Below, in pieces: positions 32,167-42,557 of a DNA stretch of 64,000 nucleotides. The stretch is from an uncultured Gemmatimonadaceae bacterium (GTDB taxonomy: Bacteria; Gemmatimonadota; Gemmatimonadetes; Gemmatimonadales; Gemmatimonadaceae), in assembly GCA_963790305.1 (NCBI GenBank), contig CAWBOC010000001.1, positions 105,904-169,903 on the forward strand, given 5' to 3'. Below the pieces are notes generated by a model that was not told the DNA's origin, searched no databases, and worked only from the letters and a program-made list of their open reading frames with translations. Within the stretch, counting starts at the first letter, position 1, and each line of letters starts with the position of its first letter. The position numbers and the translations under genes are program-made.

Positions 32167-34161
32167 TTGCCCCAGGCCCATTTCCTTCAGGACCTCCTTC
32201 TCATCTTCGGCCTCGGCGTCTTCGTCGTGGTCGCGTTTCACCGTGCCCGGCTTCCGCCCATTGTCGGCTTTCTCGTCACCGGGCTGGTATGCGGGCCGTT
32301 CGGCTTCGGCCTCGTCGACGGCGTCGAGCACGTCGAAGCAATGGCAGAGATCGGCGTCATCCTGCTCCTGTTCACCGTCGGCATCGAGTTCTCCGTCGAG
32401 GAGCTTTCCCGCGTCCGCACCTTCCTCCTCACCGGTGGAGCGCTCCAGGTCTCACTGACCCTCGGCGCAACCACCGCGGCCGGCATGGCGTTCGGGCTCC
32501 GACTGCCGGTCGCGATCTTTCTCGGAATGCTCGTCGCGCTCAGCAGCACCGCGATCGTCATTCGGATGCTGGCCGACCATAACGAGCTCGACGCTCCACA
32601 CGGCCGAGCGGCGATCGGGATCCTCATTTTCCAGGATCTGGTCGTCGTTCCCATGGTGCTGGTGACGCCCTTCCTCGGCGGCGCGGGGGGCGACATGTCC
32701 GACCTCCTCCTCGTGATCGGCAAGGCGGCGGTGTTCATCGGACTCGCGGTCGTCGCCGCGCGCTGGGTGGTCCCATGGCTGCTCCAGATTGTCGTCAATA
32801 CCCGAAAGCGGGAGGTGTTTCTTCTCACCATCGTGCTCCTCTGCATCGGGATGGCGGTCGCCTCCGCGCAGGCCGGTCTGTCAATGGCGCTCGGCGCGTT
32901 CATCGCCGGACTCATCCTGTCGGAGTCGGAGTACGCCCATCAGGCGCTCGGTGAAGTGCTCCCGCTGCGCGAGGTGTTCAACTCACTGTTCTTCGTGTCG
33001 ATCGGGATGCTGTTCAACATCCGCATCGTGCTCGAGCATCCCGCGCTCATCATCGGTGCGCTGCTGGCCGTCGTCGCGGCGAAGACCCTGATTACGTCGG
33101 GGCTCGTGATGGCGCTCGGCCATCCGCTGCGCATCGCGCTGATGACCGGCGTTCTCACGTCGCAGATCGGGGAGTTCTCGTTCGTGCTCTCGAAGGTGGG
33201 CTCGCAGGCCGGGCTGCTCGGCGGCGAGCTCACTCAGGGGTTCATTGCCGTGGCTGTCGGGTCAATGATGCTCACGCCGCTTCTGGCACGGCTCGCCCCG
33301 CGCGCCTCGGCTCGAATCGAGCGCTGGGTGCCCGGGACGTACGTGCGAGGACGAGCGGTGACCGTGACCGTCCGCGGCGAGCTTCCGCCGCTGGATGACC
33401 ATGTGATCATCGTCGGGTATGGCGTGAACGGAAGGAATCTCGCGCGGATGCTGGGACGTGTCGGCATTCCCTTCATCGTGCTCGAGATGAATCCGGATGC
33501 CGTGCGCGCCGAGCGGAAGCGGGGCAGGCCCATCATGTACGGGGATGCCACGCGGCCCGAGATTCTGAAGCTGGCAAGGATCGAACGTGCCCGTGTGCTG
33601 GTGCTCGCCATTTCGGATGCTGGCGCAACCCGAAGCGCCGTCGATGTCGCTCGACGGCTCAATCGCGAGCTGCATATCGTGGTGCGCAGTCGGTACGTGC
33701 AGGAGATGGCGGCGCTCCTCGCCGTCGGGACCGATGAAGTGGTGCCGGAGGAGTTCGAGACCTCGATCGAGATCTCATCGCGCGTGCTGCGGCGCTACCT
33801 CGTACCGCGGGACGTCATTGAGCGGCTCATTCGGGAGGTGCGCAGCGACTCGTACGAAATGCTCCGTACGATGTCCGACACCCATTCACCGGCCGCGGGG
33901 TTCGACCGCTTTCTGGCCGACCTCTCGCTCGAGGTGTATCGTGTGGAGCGCAACTGCGCGATCGCGGGGATGACGCTCGCCACCTGCGGACTGCGGGAAC
34001 GGAGTGTCTCCGTCGTTGCGATTCAGCGACACGACGCGACAATGCGCTCGACGCCAACCGGCGACGACAAGCTGGAGGAGGGCGACGCCGTCCTGCTCCT
34101 TGGCCCGCCGGAGCGACTGACTGAGGTCGCTGGACTCTTTCGCGCGGGCGACGCGACGTGA
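32167..34161 (+). CDS. CPA2 cation:proton antiporter (Kef-type) with TrkA-N/TrkA-C domains
   Basis: LSSTAIV, LIFQDL, FFVSIGM, SQIGEFSFVL, IVGYGVNG, YGDAT. Confidence 0.92.
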   Translation: MPQAHFLQDLLLIFGLGVFVVVAFHRARLPPIVGFLVTGLVCGPFGFGLVDGVEHVEAMAEIGVILLLFTVGIEFSVEELSRVRTFLLTGGALQVSLTLGATTAAGMAFGLRLPVAIFLGMLVALSSTAIVIRMLADHNELDAPHGRAAIGILIFQDLVVVPMVLVTPFLGGAGGDMSDLLLVIGKAAVFIGLAVVAARWVVPWLLQIVVNTRKREVFLLTIVLLCIGMAVASAQAGLSMALGAFIAGLILSESEYAHQALGEVLPLREVFNSLFFVSIGMLFNIRIVLEHPALIIGALLAVVAAKTLITSGLVMALGHPLRIALMTGVLTSQIGEFSFVLSKVGSQAGLLGGELTQGFIAVAVGSMMLTPLLARLAPRASARIERWVPGTYVRGRAVTVTVRGELPPLDDHVIIVGYGVNGRNLARMLGRVGIPFIVLEMNPDAVRAERKRGRPIMYGDATRPEILKLARIERARVLVLAISDAGATRSAVDVARRLNRELHIVVRSRYVQEMAALLAVGTDEVVPEEFETSIEISSRVLRRYLVPRDVIERLIREVRSDSYEMLRTMSDTHSPAAGFDRFLADLSLEVYRVERNCAIAGMTLATCGLRERSVSVVAIQRHDATMRSTPTGDDKLEEGDAVLLLGPPERLTEVAGLFRAGDAT

Positions 34162-34179
34162 CCCCTCGCCTGCCACTTC

Positions 34180-35802
34180 ATGCCTCGACTCGCGCTGATT
34201 CTCTCCGGCGCCGCCTCGCTCGGATCGTTCGAGGCGGGCGTCCTCACTGAGCTGCTCTGGACTCTCGAGCACGAGTCGCGACACGCTGACCCGGCGCGAC
34301 GGTGGACGCTCGACATCATTACCGGCGCGTCCGCCGGCGCGATGACGGCGGCGCTCGTCGCGCGCGCGGTCATGGCCGACCATCGCAGCGCGCGCGCCCT
34401 GCACTCCGCGTGGGTGGAGGAGATCGACATTCGCGAGCTGCTGCGCGAGCCACCTGCCACGGCGCTTCTCTCCAAGGAGCCGATTCGAGCGATCGCTGGG
34501 CGACATCTCTCCCCACCCGCGGTGGATGCGAGACCAGCAGGGCATGCGCCCGAACGTCTCCGACTGCGGTTCACGCTGGCGAACATGAATGGCGTCGACT
34601 GGCGATACCCGCTGGCGCGGCCCGGCGATCAAGCATTCGTCGCCACGTTCTTCGCCAATGGTGTCCGCTTCAATGTGGATCTGGCCAACGTGCGCGATCC
34701 GGCGTTGTGGGAGCGCATTCGTACCGCGGCCATCGCGTCCGGGAATTTCCCGCTCGCCTTCGTTCCGGAGATGCTCGCGCGCGACGAGCGCGACTTTCGC
34801 GATCACGCGCTCGCGTCGTTTCCCGGCACGTTCACGTACTGCGATGGCGGCCTGTTCGACAACGAGCCGGTGGGTGATGCCATCGATCTCGCCCTCGAGC
34901 AGGATGGCGGTACGATCGCGCCCGACCGTGCGTTCGTGCTCGTGGACGCCAACCTCAACCGCTCCCGCCACGCAGCCACCTTCACCGAGCAGGAGCCGCT
35001 GCTCGCCAACGCGACACGCCTGAGCGCCATGGTTCGCGGCGAGGCGACGGTGCGCGACTGGCTCAAATCGCAGCGCGTCAACAACGAGGTCGCGTGGCGC
35101 GATCGCGTGCTCACCGACCTCGTCGCCATGGTGCGCGATAATCGCCTCGACGACGCAGCGGCCTTCTCGGCGAGCCTGCATCGCACCGCGTCCGACATCG
35201 TCGGCACCAAGCGCGCGATCTTCCCGGACAGATACCCGGAGAACTATCTGGACCGGGCGCTCGAGCGCACCCGTCGCTCGCACGCCGAGCGGCTGGTCGG
35301 CCTCACATCTTTGCAGCAGGAGATCCTCGTGCGCGTCATCTTCCTGCTCAACAGCGTGGCGGGACTCGACAAGAAGCAGCAGCTGAAGATCGGAATCATC
35401 TACACCGAGCCGCGGCTCACCGCTGGCGACACGTTAGGCGCGTTCGGAGGGTTCTTTCACCGCGACTGGCGCGAACACGATTATCGGCTGGGCCGGCGCG
35501 CCGCGCGCGAACGCCTCGCTGCGCTACTCTCCCTCGACGGCCCTCCTCCCCTCGAGCCGGGCTTCGAGCGCGAATACGAGATCCCGAAGGAATGGGAGGG
35601 CTTCAAGGACGCCACGCTGCGCGATGCGGACATGGCACCGCGACTCGCGTTGCGAGACATGCTCGTCGCACGCGCGCGTGGGCTTGTCGAGGAGCAAGCC
35701 ATTGGCCCGCGCTGGCTGCGCTGGCTCACTCGCCCCGCCGCGAAGGCGGCCGTGGCCGGGGCGGTGAAGGCGAAGCTGGACAGGATTCTGGGGCTGGACT
35801 AG
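34180..35802 (+). CDS. Patatin-like phospholipase
   Basis: SGAASLGSFEAG, GASAG (Ser) and DGG (Asp). Confidence 0.85.
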   Translation: MPRLALILSGAASLGSFEAGVLTELLWTLEHESRHADPARRWTLDIITGASAGAMTAALVARAVMADHRSARALHSAWVEEIDIRELLREPPATALLSKEPIRAIAGRHLSPPAVDARPAGHAPERLRLRFTLANMNGVDWRYPLARPGDQAFVATFFANGVRFNVDLANVRDPALWERIRTAAIASGNFPLAFVPEMLARDERDFRDHALASFPGTFTYCDGGLFDNEPVGDAIDLALEQDGGTIAPDRAFVLVDANLNRSRHAATFTEQEPLLANATRLSAMVRGEATVRDWLKSQRVNNEVAWRDRVLTDLVAMVRDNRLDDAAAFSASLHRTASDIVGTKRAIFPDRYPENYLDRALERTRRSHAERLVGLTSLQQEILVRVIFLLNSVAGLDKKQQLKIGIIYTEPRLTAGDTLGAFGGFFHRDWREHDYRLGRRAARERLAALLSLDGPPPLEPGFEREYEIPKEWEGFKDATLRDADMAPRLALRDMLVARARGLVEEQAIGPRWLRWLTRPAAKAAVAGAVKAKLDRILGLD

Positions 35803-35891
35803 AGGTGAGGGAGGTGGTCCAGGACGTCGAGGCGGTCGAGGCACCTGCCGCCCCTCGACGACCTCGACAACCTCGATCACCTTGACGACCT
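35803..35891. repeat. Inverted array of 9-nt units (GAGGTGGTC / CCTCGACGA-like)
   Basis: Tandem CCTCGAC(G/A)A units with their complement upstream. Confidence 0.6.
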
Positions 35892-36398
35892 ATGATCCAA
35901 ATCCTCCACGCCGACATCACCACGCTTCCGGTCGACGCCATCGTCAACGCGGCGAACAGCTCGCTCGCCGGCGGCGGTGGCGTCGATGGCGCCATTCATG
36001 CCGCCGCGGGGCCGGAGATGGCTATCGAGCTCCGCCGTTACACCGGATGTCCAACGGGCAGCGCCGTCATCACGCGGGGATACCGCTTGCGCGCGCGGTT
36101 CGTGATCCACGCTGTCGGACCGATCTGGCGCAACGGCGATCATGGCGAAGCCAGGCTGCTCGCCAGCGCGTACGAAAGCTCCTTCAGGGTCGCGCGAGAG
36201 GAAGGGTCCATTCGCACGATAGCGTTCCCCGCGATCTCTACCGGCATTTATGGGTTTCCCAAAGGGCCTGCCGCCGAGATCGCTCTGGGTGTGATGCGGG
36301 TGCACGACAAAGAGTTCGAGCGCATCACCGCCTGCCTGTTCGACGAGAAGAGTGCCGAGCTGTACCGTGAGACGCTTCGCCGTCTCGGCGAGTCCTGA
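35892..36398 (+). CDS. Macrodomain O-acetyl-ADP-ribose deacetylase (YmdB/MacroD-like)
   Basis: DAIVNAANSSLAGGGGVDGAIH, IHAVGP, FPAISTGIYGFP. Confidence 0.92.
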   Translation: MIQILHADITTLPVDAIVNAANSSLAGGGGVDGAIHAAAGPEMAIELRRYTGCPTGSAVITRGYRLRARFVIHAVGPIWRNGDHGEARLLASAYESSFRVAREEGSIRTIAFPAISTGIYGFPKGPAAEIALGVMRVHDKEFERITACLFDEKSAELYRETLRRLGES

Positions 36399-37751
36399 GT
36401 GCGCAATTTCGACCGCTGGCTGATCGTAGGCGCCGGCCCGTCCGGCCTGGCCGCCGCGCGCGCGCTCGCCGCGGCGCAGCTGCCGTTCGACGTCCTCGAG
36501 CGCCACCGCAATGTCGGTGGAATTTGGGATCTCGAGAACGCGGGCACACCGATGTACGAGAGTGCGCATTTCATCTCGTCGAAGACGCTCTCTGGGTTTG
36601 ACGGCTTTCCCATGCCGGAGAACTATCCAGACTATCCCACGCGTGCGCTGGTTCTGGACTACATCCGCGCGTTCGCGAGCGAGCACGATCTCCGGCGGCA
36701 CGTGGAGTTCGGCGTCGACGTGCGGCGAGCGGCGCCGGACAATGATGCGACGTGGCATGTCGAGCTCGGCAGCGGCGATCGCCGGCGCTACCGCGGCGTG
36801 ATCGCAGCCGTCGGGCACAATTGGGATCCGGTTGTCCCCGAGTATCCGGGTCATTTTTCGGGGGAAGCGTACCACTCTGTGCGCTATCGCTTCCCCACCG
36901 AGTTCGACGGCAAGCGTGTCCTCATCGTCGGCGGCGGAAACTCGGCGTGCGACATCGCGTGCGATGCCGCCACGCGGGCGACGCGAACCGCAATCTCCAT
37001 GCGGCGTGGGTATCACTTCCTGCCGAAGCATGTCTTCGGAAAGCCAACCGACGCGTTCTTTCGGAGCGGGCCACACCTGTCGCCGAGGATCGCGCAGCCG
37101 CTGTTGACGGGGCTGTTGAAGCTTCTGGTCGGCGATCTGCGCCGGTTCGGGCTCCCGGCGCCGGATCATCGGGTGCTCGAGTCGCACCCGATCATGAATA
37201 CGCAGATCTTGCACTTTCTGGCGCACGGCGACGCCGCTGCGAAGCCGGACATCGTTAGGCTCGACGGGCGGCGCGTGCATTTTCGCGATGGCACCAGCGA
37301 GGAGTTCGACCTGATCGTCTGGGCGACTGGGTATCGGCCGACGATCCCGTTCCTCGAGGCTGCCCTTCCGTCGCGGGATGGCAGTGGCCCGCCGCTGTTC
37401 GGCGCGCTCCTTCCGGGTGTGGCCAACCTGTACGTGCTCGGCCACTTCGAATCCGACGGCGGCGCCTACCCACTCGTCTGTAAACAGGCCGAGCTCGCTG
37501 CGCTCCTGGCCGAAGCCAATGCGATCGCGCCCGACGCCACGCGGCAATGGGTCGCCCGGCTCACCTCCGGCCGTCGTCCCGATCTCAGTGGGGGCGTGCG
37601 CTACGTCAAGTCGATCAGACACGCCAACTATGCGCAGTTCGAGACGTACGAGGCGTTTCTCTCTCGTCTCATCCGGCGTGTCGAGCGTGAGTTGTTGAAG
37701 GGGCAACGCCTGCGCACTCTCCCGCCCCCAGGGGCGACCCGCCATCATTGA
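36399..37751 (+). CDS. Flavin-containing monooxygenase
   Basis: GAGPSG, FSGEAYHSVRY (FMO motif), GGGNSA, WATGY. Confidence 0.9.
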   Translation: MRNFDRWLIVGAGPSGLAAARALAAAQLPFDVLERHRNVGGIWDLENAGTPMYESAHFISSKTLSGFDGFPMPENYPDYPTRALVLDYIRAFASEHDLRRHVEFGVDVRRAAPDNDATWHVELGSGDRRRYRGVIAAVGHNWDPVVPEYPGHFSGEAYHSVRYRFPTEFDGKRVLIVGGGNSACDIACDAATRATRTAISMRRGYHFLPKHVFGKPTDAFFRSGPHLSPRIAQPLLTGLLKLLVGDLRRFGLPAPDHRVLESHPIMNTQILHFLAHGDAAAKPDIVRLDGRRVHFRDGTSEEFDLIVWATGYRPTIPFLEAALPSRDGSGPPLFGALLPGVANLYVLGHFESDGGAYPLVCKQAELAALLAEANAIAPDATRQWVARLTSGRRPDLSGGVRYVKSIRHANYAQFETYEAFLSRLIRRVERELLKGQRLRTLPPPGATRHH

Positions 37752-37753
37752 GC

Positions 37754-38831
37754 ATGCCCATCGTCGATCTCTACGGTCACGATTCCCTGCGCGCGCGGCT
37801 CCGTGCCTCGTTCAGTCGAGGCACGCTCCCGACGAGCCTTTTGATCCACGGCCCCCGCGGTGTCGGGAAACAGCGGCTCGCGCTCTGGCTCGGCCAGCTG
37901 CTGCTGTGCGAGTCGCCTGCCGCCAACGGCCCCTGCGGCTCGTGTCGCTCCTGTCGCTATTCAAGGGAGCTCGGCCATCCCGACCTGCATTGGTATTTTC
38001 CGCGCCCTCGCCCGAAAGACACCGATCCGTCACTGGACGAGGTGAAGGACGACTTCATCGACGCGATCCGGGAACGTCTCGATGACAAGGGTATCTATCC
38101 GCCGCCCTCGGGACTGGAAGGCATCTTCATCCGCACCGTCCATCTCGATCGTGCAGCAAGCCGGGATGACGCCGACGCTCGGCAGCCGTAAGGTCTTCAT
38201 CGTTGGCGATGCCGACCGAATGGTCGCCCAGGAGGGGTCGGACCAGGCGGCCAACGCGTTCCTCAAGCTGCTCGAGGAGCCGCTCCCCGACACGACCGTC
38301 GTGCTGACCACGAGCGAGCCAGCCTCGCTACTTCCAACCATCCGCTCGCGCGTCATTGGGCTGAGAGCGAGCCCGCTCGGGGACTCCGACGTCCGCGAAT
38401 TCCTCAAGGACCCCGTGGTGACCGCCGCGTTGCAGTCCTACCGCCTCCCGAAAAACGTCGAGGAGCGCGTGCGTCTCGCGAACGGTGCGCCGGGCGCCCT
38501 TCTCGACTCCGCTTCCGCCGCCGACGCGCACGCCTTCGCGAACCAAATGCTGAGCGCAGTAGAGGCCGGCGACGCCGAGCGATTCCAGTTGGGGTTGGCG
38601 TTCGGAAGCTCGAAGGCTCGCGGGTTTTTCAGCGACGTGCTCGATGCCCTGACCGCTGCCCTCCATGACCGGGCGCGCGAGCGCGCCACACGCGGCGACG
38701 ACGAGGGTGCCCGACGGGCGGCGATGGCGGTCCATGTCGTCGAGGAGGCCAAGTTTCGTGCGAGCGGCAACGTGAATCCTCAGCTCATTGGGTCGGCGAT
38801 CCTCCGGGAATTCGCGGAGCTGCGCCCATGA
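37754..38831 (+). CDS. holB: DNA polymerase III delta' subunit (indel near 38140)
   Basis: GPRGVGK, C..PCGSCRSC zinc site, HPDL, AANAFLKLLEEP, LLPTIRSR. Confidence 0.9.
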
Positions 38832-39304
38832 GCGACCTCAGTCACGTCGACCGATCCGGACAGGCCCGAATGGTCGACGTGTCCGCGAAGGAGAGCACTG
38901 AGCGGTTCGCTCGGGCGACAGGGGTTATTTCGATGTCGTCAGAAGCGCTCGAGGCGGTGCGAAAAAATGGTGTCGAAAAGGGCGATGTTTTGGCCGTTGC
39001 GCGGATTGCTGGCGTGATGGCGGCGAAGCGCACAGCCGAGCTCATTCCCCTGTGCCACCCGCTGATGCTGACAGACGTCCAAGTCGTTGCAGAGGTTGAT
39101 GATACAGTCCCGGGAATTCGAGTCGAATCGACGGTCCGTACAGCCGGAAAGACAGGAGTGGAAATGGAGGCAATCGTTGCGGTGGCTGTGACGCTCGTCA
39201 CCGTCTACGACATGTGCAAATCACTAGATAAGAGCATGGTCATTTCCCGCATCTGTTTGGCGGAAAAGACCGGTGGACGATCAGGAACGTGGAAACGGCC
39301 GTAG
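38828..39304 (+). CDS. moaC: Cyclic pyranopterin monophosphate synthase
   Basis: MVDVSAK, KGDVL, LIPLCHP, TGVEMEA, YDMCK, KTGGRSG. Confidence 0.96.
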   Translation: MSDLSHVDRSGQARMVDVSAKESTERFARATGVISMSSEALEAVRKNGVEKGDVLAVARIAGVMAAKRTAELIPLCHPLMLTDVQVVAEVDDTVPGIRVESTVRTAGKTGVEMEAIVAVAVTLVTVYDMCKSLDKSMVISRICLAEKTGGRSGTWKRP

Positions 39305-39394
39305 GCGACGGGAGGCACAACCGTTGCCCTTGTTAGCGGCTGCGGGTGGGGTCTTCCTGGATCCTCTCCGTCCAACCCTTGTGAAAGGGGCTCT

Positions 39395-40090
39395 ATGCGA
39401 AAGGAAACTCGCTACGTACACCGAGGCGATCTCGAGCGCCGCCAGGCGAAGGTTCGCCGTTGGCGGGTCTTGTTGATCTCGGGCGCCGTCGGCGCGGTAG
39501 TGCTGCTGCTGGGCGCACAGATCATTCAGGAACGCTCTGCCACAGCCAGCACGTATTCGTTCGGCCTTCCTGGCGAGTCCCGCCGGCTCCGCGAGGAGCT
39601 GGACGCCGCCCGGGGCGAGCTGCAGCTCGCGCAGGCCCAGCTCGACCGCGCCAACCAAATCCTCTCCTATTCGTCGCGCTATCGCATTTCGGCGGACATT
39701 GCCGCGTCGATCTACGACATCGCCCTTGCCGAGGGGTTGGAGCCGGATCTGGCCTTCCGGCTGGTGCGCGTGGAGAGCCAGTTCAATGAAAAGGCGACGA
39801 GCCCCGTGGGCGCCATTGGCCTCACGCAGCTCATGCCCGCGACCGCCAGCTTCTTCCAGAAGGGAATCACGAAGAAGCAGCTGTTCGATCGCGAGACCAA
39901 CCTTCGCATAGGGTTCCGCTATCTTCGCACGCTGATCAACGAGCACGACGGCAACCTCAAGCTCGCCCTGCTGGTCTACAATCGCGGCCCCGCGGCAGTG
40001 AACCGCGCCCGGGCCGCCGGTCTGGATCCCGCCAACGGGTACGACCGAATGGTGGCTGGAGGGTATAGAGGGAGTGGAGTGGTAGACTGA
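39395..40090 (+). CDS. SLT-domain lytic transglycosylase with TM anchor and coiled coil
   Basis: VESQF, GAIGLTQLMPAT, NLRIGFRYL, YNRGP. Confidence 0.88.
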   Translation: MRKETRYVHRGDLERRQAKVRRWRVLLISGAVGAVVLLLGAQIIQERSATASTYSFGLPGESRRLREELDAARGELQLAQAQLDRANQILSYSSRYRISADIAASIYDIALAEGLEPDLAFRLVRVESQFNEKATSPVGAIGLTQLMPATASFFQKGITKKQLFDRETNLRIGFRYLRTLINEHDGNLKLALLVYNRGPAAVNRARAAGLDPANGYDRMVAGGYRGSGVVD

Positions 40091-40210
40091 GTGGGGAGTG
40101 GTGGAGTGCGGGGAGTGGAACGGCCCCGAGGTGAGATCTCACCTCGGGGCCGTTCCACTCCCCACTCCCCACTCCTCCACTCCCCACTCTCCACTTTCCA
40201 CTCCTCACTA
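40070..40210. repeat. Perfect 54-bp palindrome (40110-40163) flanked by GAGTGGG/CCACTCC heptamer arrays
   Basis: GGGGAGTGGAACGGCCCCGAGGTGAGA|TCTCACCTCGGGGCCGTTCCACTCCCC between convergent genes. Confidence 0.8.
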
Positions 40211-40215
40211 AGCAA

Positions 40216-41685
40216 CTATCGCCGCCCTCTCACGACGATCACCTGCCCCGGATAAATCACGCTCTTCCTCAGCCCATTGAGCCGCATGAGCGTGTTCACC
40301 GACGTCTTGTAGCGCTTGGCGATCAGGCCCAGCGATTCGCCCTTCCGTACAATGTGCGTGCGGCCCCGGCTGGAGCCGTAGCGCTCGATCGCGGGATCCG
40401 GGATATCGTAGGCCGCCGCGACGACGGCCGGTGACGGGAGCAGGACAACCCGTCCAACGGGCAGCACCCCACTCTTCGTCGCCTTGAGCTTTGGATTGTA
40501 CCACTTGAGCTGCTTGCTCGTGATGCCGCCGCGCCGCGCGGTCGACACCATGGTGGCCCCCTTCTTCGTCGTCACTCGCGTGAACGCCTTACGATCTTCT
40601 TCGGGGAGCGCGGCGTACGCCGAGTCGAAGCCCGCTGACTTCCCCGCCGGCAAACGAAGGGTGAGCGATCCCGTGGGCGGAGTCACGCCGCGCAGCACCT
40701 GCGGATTCAGCTCGCGAACCTGCTCCAGGCTGACCCCAGCCGCGCTCGCGATCGCCGCCAGTGGAGTCTCCGGCCCAACGCGGACCGTGTCGTACTCCAG
40801 CAACGGCCGCGACTCGACCGGAATGCCGTATCGCTGCGGATCCTTCGCCACCAGCGCCGCCGCGATCATCTTCGGCACATAGTCCTTCGTCTCCGCACGC
40901 AGGTAGTTCTGCTCGGCCAACGCGAAGAAGACGTCCTCGCCGCTCGATCCCTCGAGCTGATCAGCGTAACGCGACAAGCCACGCGCGATGCGGCCGGGAC
41001 CACCGTTGTATGCGGCAGCAGCCAGATAGAGCGATCCGAACTGCTCGTGCAGATAGTTGAGGAAACGAATCGCGGCGTCAGTCGACCGAACGGGGTCGCG
41101 ACGCTCGTCGACCCACCAGTCCACGCGGAGACCCACGCCTTTTGCGGTGGCCGTCATCATCTGCCACATGCCGACGGCGGCGGCCCGTGAGTACGCGTGC
41201 GGATTGTAGCCGCTCTCGATCAGCGCGAGATACGTGAGATCGCCCGGCAGCCCCGCCGCCTGAAGCTTGGCGCGGATCATCGGCTCATAGCGCGTTCCAC
41301 GGCTCAGCCACTCGGAGAAGGTCACCCGTACGGGACCCTGGAACCGCTGCAAGTAGTACTCGACGCGCTTGTGCGTTTCGTACGAGCGGACGTCAATGTC
41401 CCAGGTGGGCTCGGGCGAGATATCCCCGCCCCCCTCAGGCTCGCCGACGTCGGCCGTAGAGTCGCCGAAGATCCGTACCGCTTCGGCAGCCACGTCAGTG
41501 GGAGATACGGCCGCGTTCTCGTCAGGCGAGGCCGCGACGTTTCCGCGCCCGCCGTCGCGTGCATCGGCTGTTGAGCTGGCTTCGGTGGTTGGAGACGGAG
41601 CGGTGCGTGCGGGAGTGGATCGGTGACAGGCGGCAAGCGCCACGAGCGCGACGGCGAGGACACGTCGCGTGGGGCGAGCCGTCAC
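40216..41685 (-). CDS. MltD-like lytic transglycosylase lipoprotein with LysM domains
   Basis: Lipobox LAAC, LIESGY, AVGMWQ, AAYNGG, ETKDYVP, C-terminal LysM. Confidence 0.9.
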   Translation of the reverse strand: MTARPTRRVLAVALVALAACHRSTPARTAPSPTTEASSTADARDGGRGNVAASPDENAAVSPTDVAAEAVRIFGDSTADVGEPEGGGDISPEPTWDIDVRSYETHKRVEYYLQRFQGPVRVTFSEWLSRGTRYEPMIRAKLQAAGLPGDLTYLALIESGYNPHAYSRAAAVGMWQMMTATAKGVGLRVDWWVDERRDPVRSTDAAIRFLNYLHEQFGSLYLAAAAYNGGPGRIARGLSRYADQLEGSSGEDVFFALAEQNYLRAETKDYVPKMIAAALVAKDPQRYGIPVESRPLLEYDTVRVGPETPLAAIASAAGVSLEQVRELNPQVLRGVTPPTGSLTLRLPAGKSAGFDSAYAALPEEDRKAFTRVTTKKGATMVSTARRGGITSKQLKWYNPKLKATKSGVLPVGRVVLLPSPAVVAAAYDIPDPAIERYGSSRGRTHIVRKGESLGLIAKRYKTSVNTLMRLNGLRKSVIYPGQVIVVRGRR

Positions 41686-41758
41686 GCGTGCGCTCCGGGA
41701 GCCCGGCGGAGAATCGACAGCATTGCGTTCACTCTGGTAATGCCAGGCACCGCGGTGC

Positions 41759-42223
41759 TTAGCGAGTTGCGATGAAGTTCCCGAGCACTCGGTTCGTGGC
41801 GTTCAAGACGGCCACGGCGGCGCCGCGAACGGGGTCATCTTCGGCGAGGCAGGCACCCAGCAGCTTGCGAGGCCCGTCGCCCTTGCGAACGTTGACGGAC
41901 ACGATGACGACGGTGGCGTCGAATGCCCGCACGGATTTGACACCGACGAGCTCGAACTCGAGCGAGTTGTCGGAGAAGGTCTCGATCGCGCGGAGGGCGG
42001 CATCGGCGGCGACGCGGAGGTCAACGGTCGCGCTCGACTGGCCTGCGGAGGTCCCACGCACGCGGATCCCATCGATCCACTCCAGCTCGACCTCGGCGCT
42101 GCACTTTCCGCCTGGTGTGCGGCGAAACTTGAAGTCGGTGAACTTCAGCCGTTCGCGCTTGAGATCGCCGGGAGTGATGATGCGCGGGTCGGGAGTCGCG
42201 CCCGGCTGCGACGAGGAATACAT
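41759..42223 (-). CDS. Conserved-looking hypothetical protein
   Basis: Two beta-beta-alpha repeats ending A..A.L.A (AADAALRA; AVAVLNATNR). Confidence 0.65.
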   Translation of the reverse strand: MYSSSQPGATPDPRIITPGDLKRERLKFTDFKFRRTPGGKCSAEVELEWIDGIRVRGTSAGQSSATVDLRVAADAALRAIETFSDNSLEFELVGVKSVRAFDATVVIVSVNVRKGDGPRKLLGACLAEDDPVRGAAVAVLNATNRVLGNFIATR

Positions 42224-42557
42224 AGGCGGTGGCCCGCTCCGAATAGGTGTTCCCGTGGAGGACTATCCTTCAGAGACACGATCGAACGAAGTGAAGGCAA
42301 CGCCGGGTGTTAAGGGCATCCCAATCTTCCCAATGGTGCCTCCGCGCGTCGCAGAGTGCAAGCATTTTTCGGTGAGCCGAGCCACCGCGAAGTGCGCTTG
42401 TCGCATCGGCGTGTTTCGAGGGTCTCCAGCGAGGAATGGGCCGTAAGGAAAGTGTAAACCACTCGCCTTTCACGAATCTGGCAAACTCTTTTCAGTGTCG
42501 CTGCATCCAACGGGATGTCCTGTCGTCCCGTCATCTCCTGCTGACCGGCCTCCTTTC

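Noticed and set aside
34180..36398. CBASS or Thoeris defence system
   Set aside because: No CD-NTase or TIR partner; the macrodomain is an ordinary YmdB type.
28471..37748. Long antisense ORFs (e.g. 28471..30135, 33886..35283, 35877..37748)
   Set aside because: Shadow ORFs of high-GC coding genes on the opposite strand, with no recognisable motifs.
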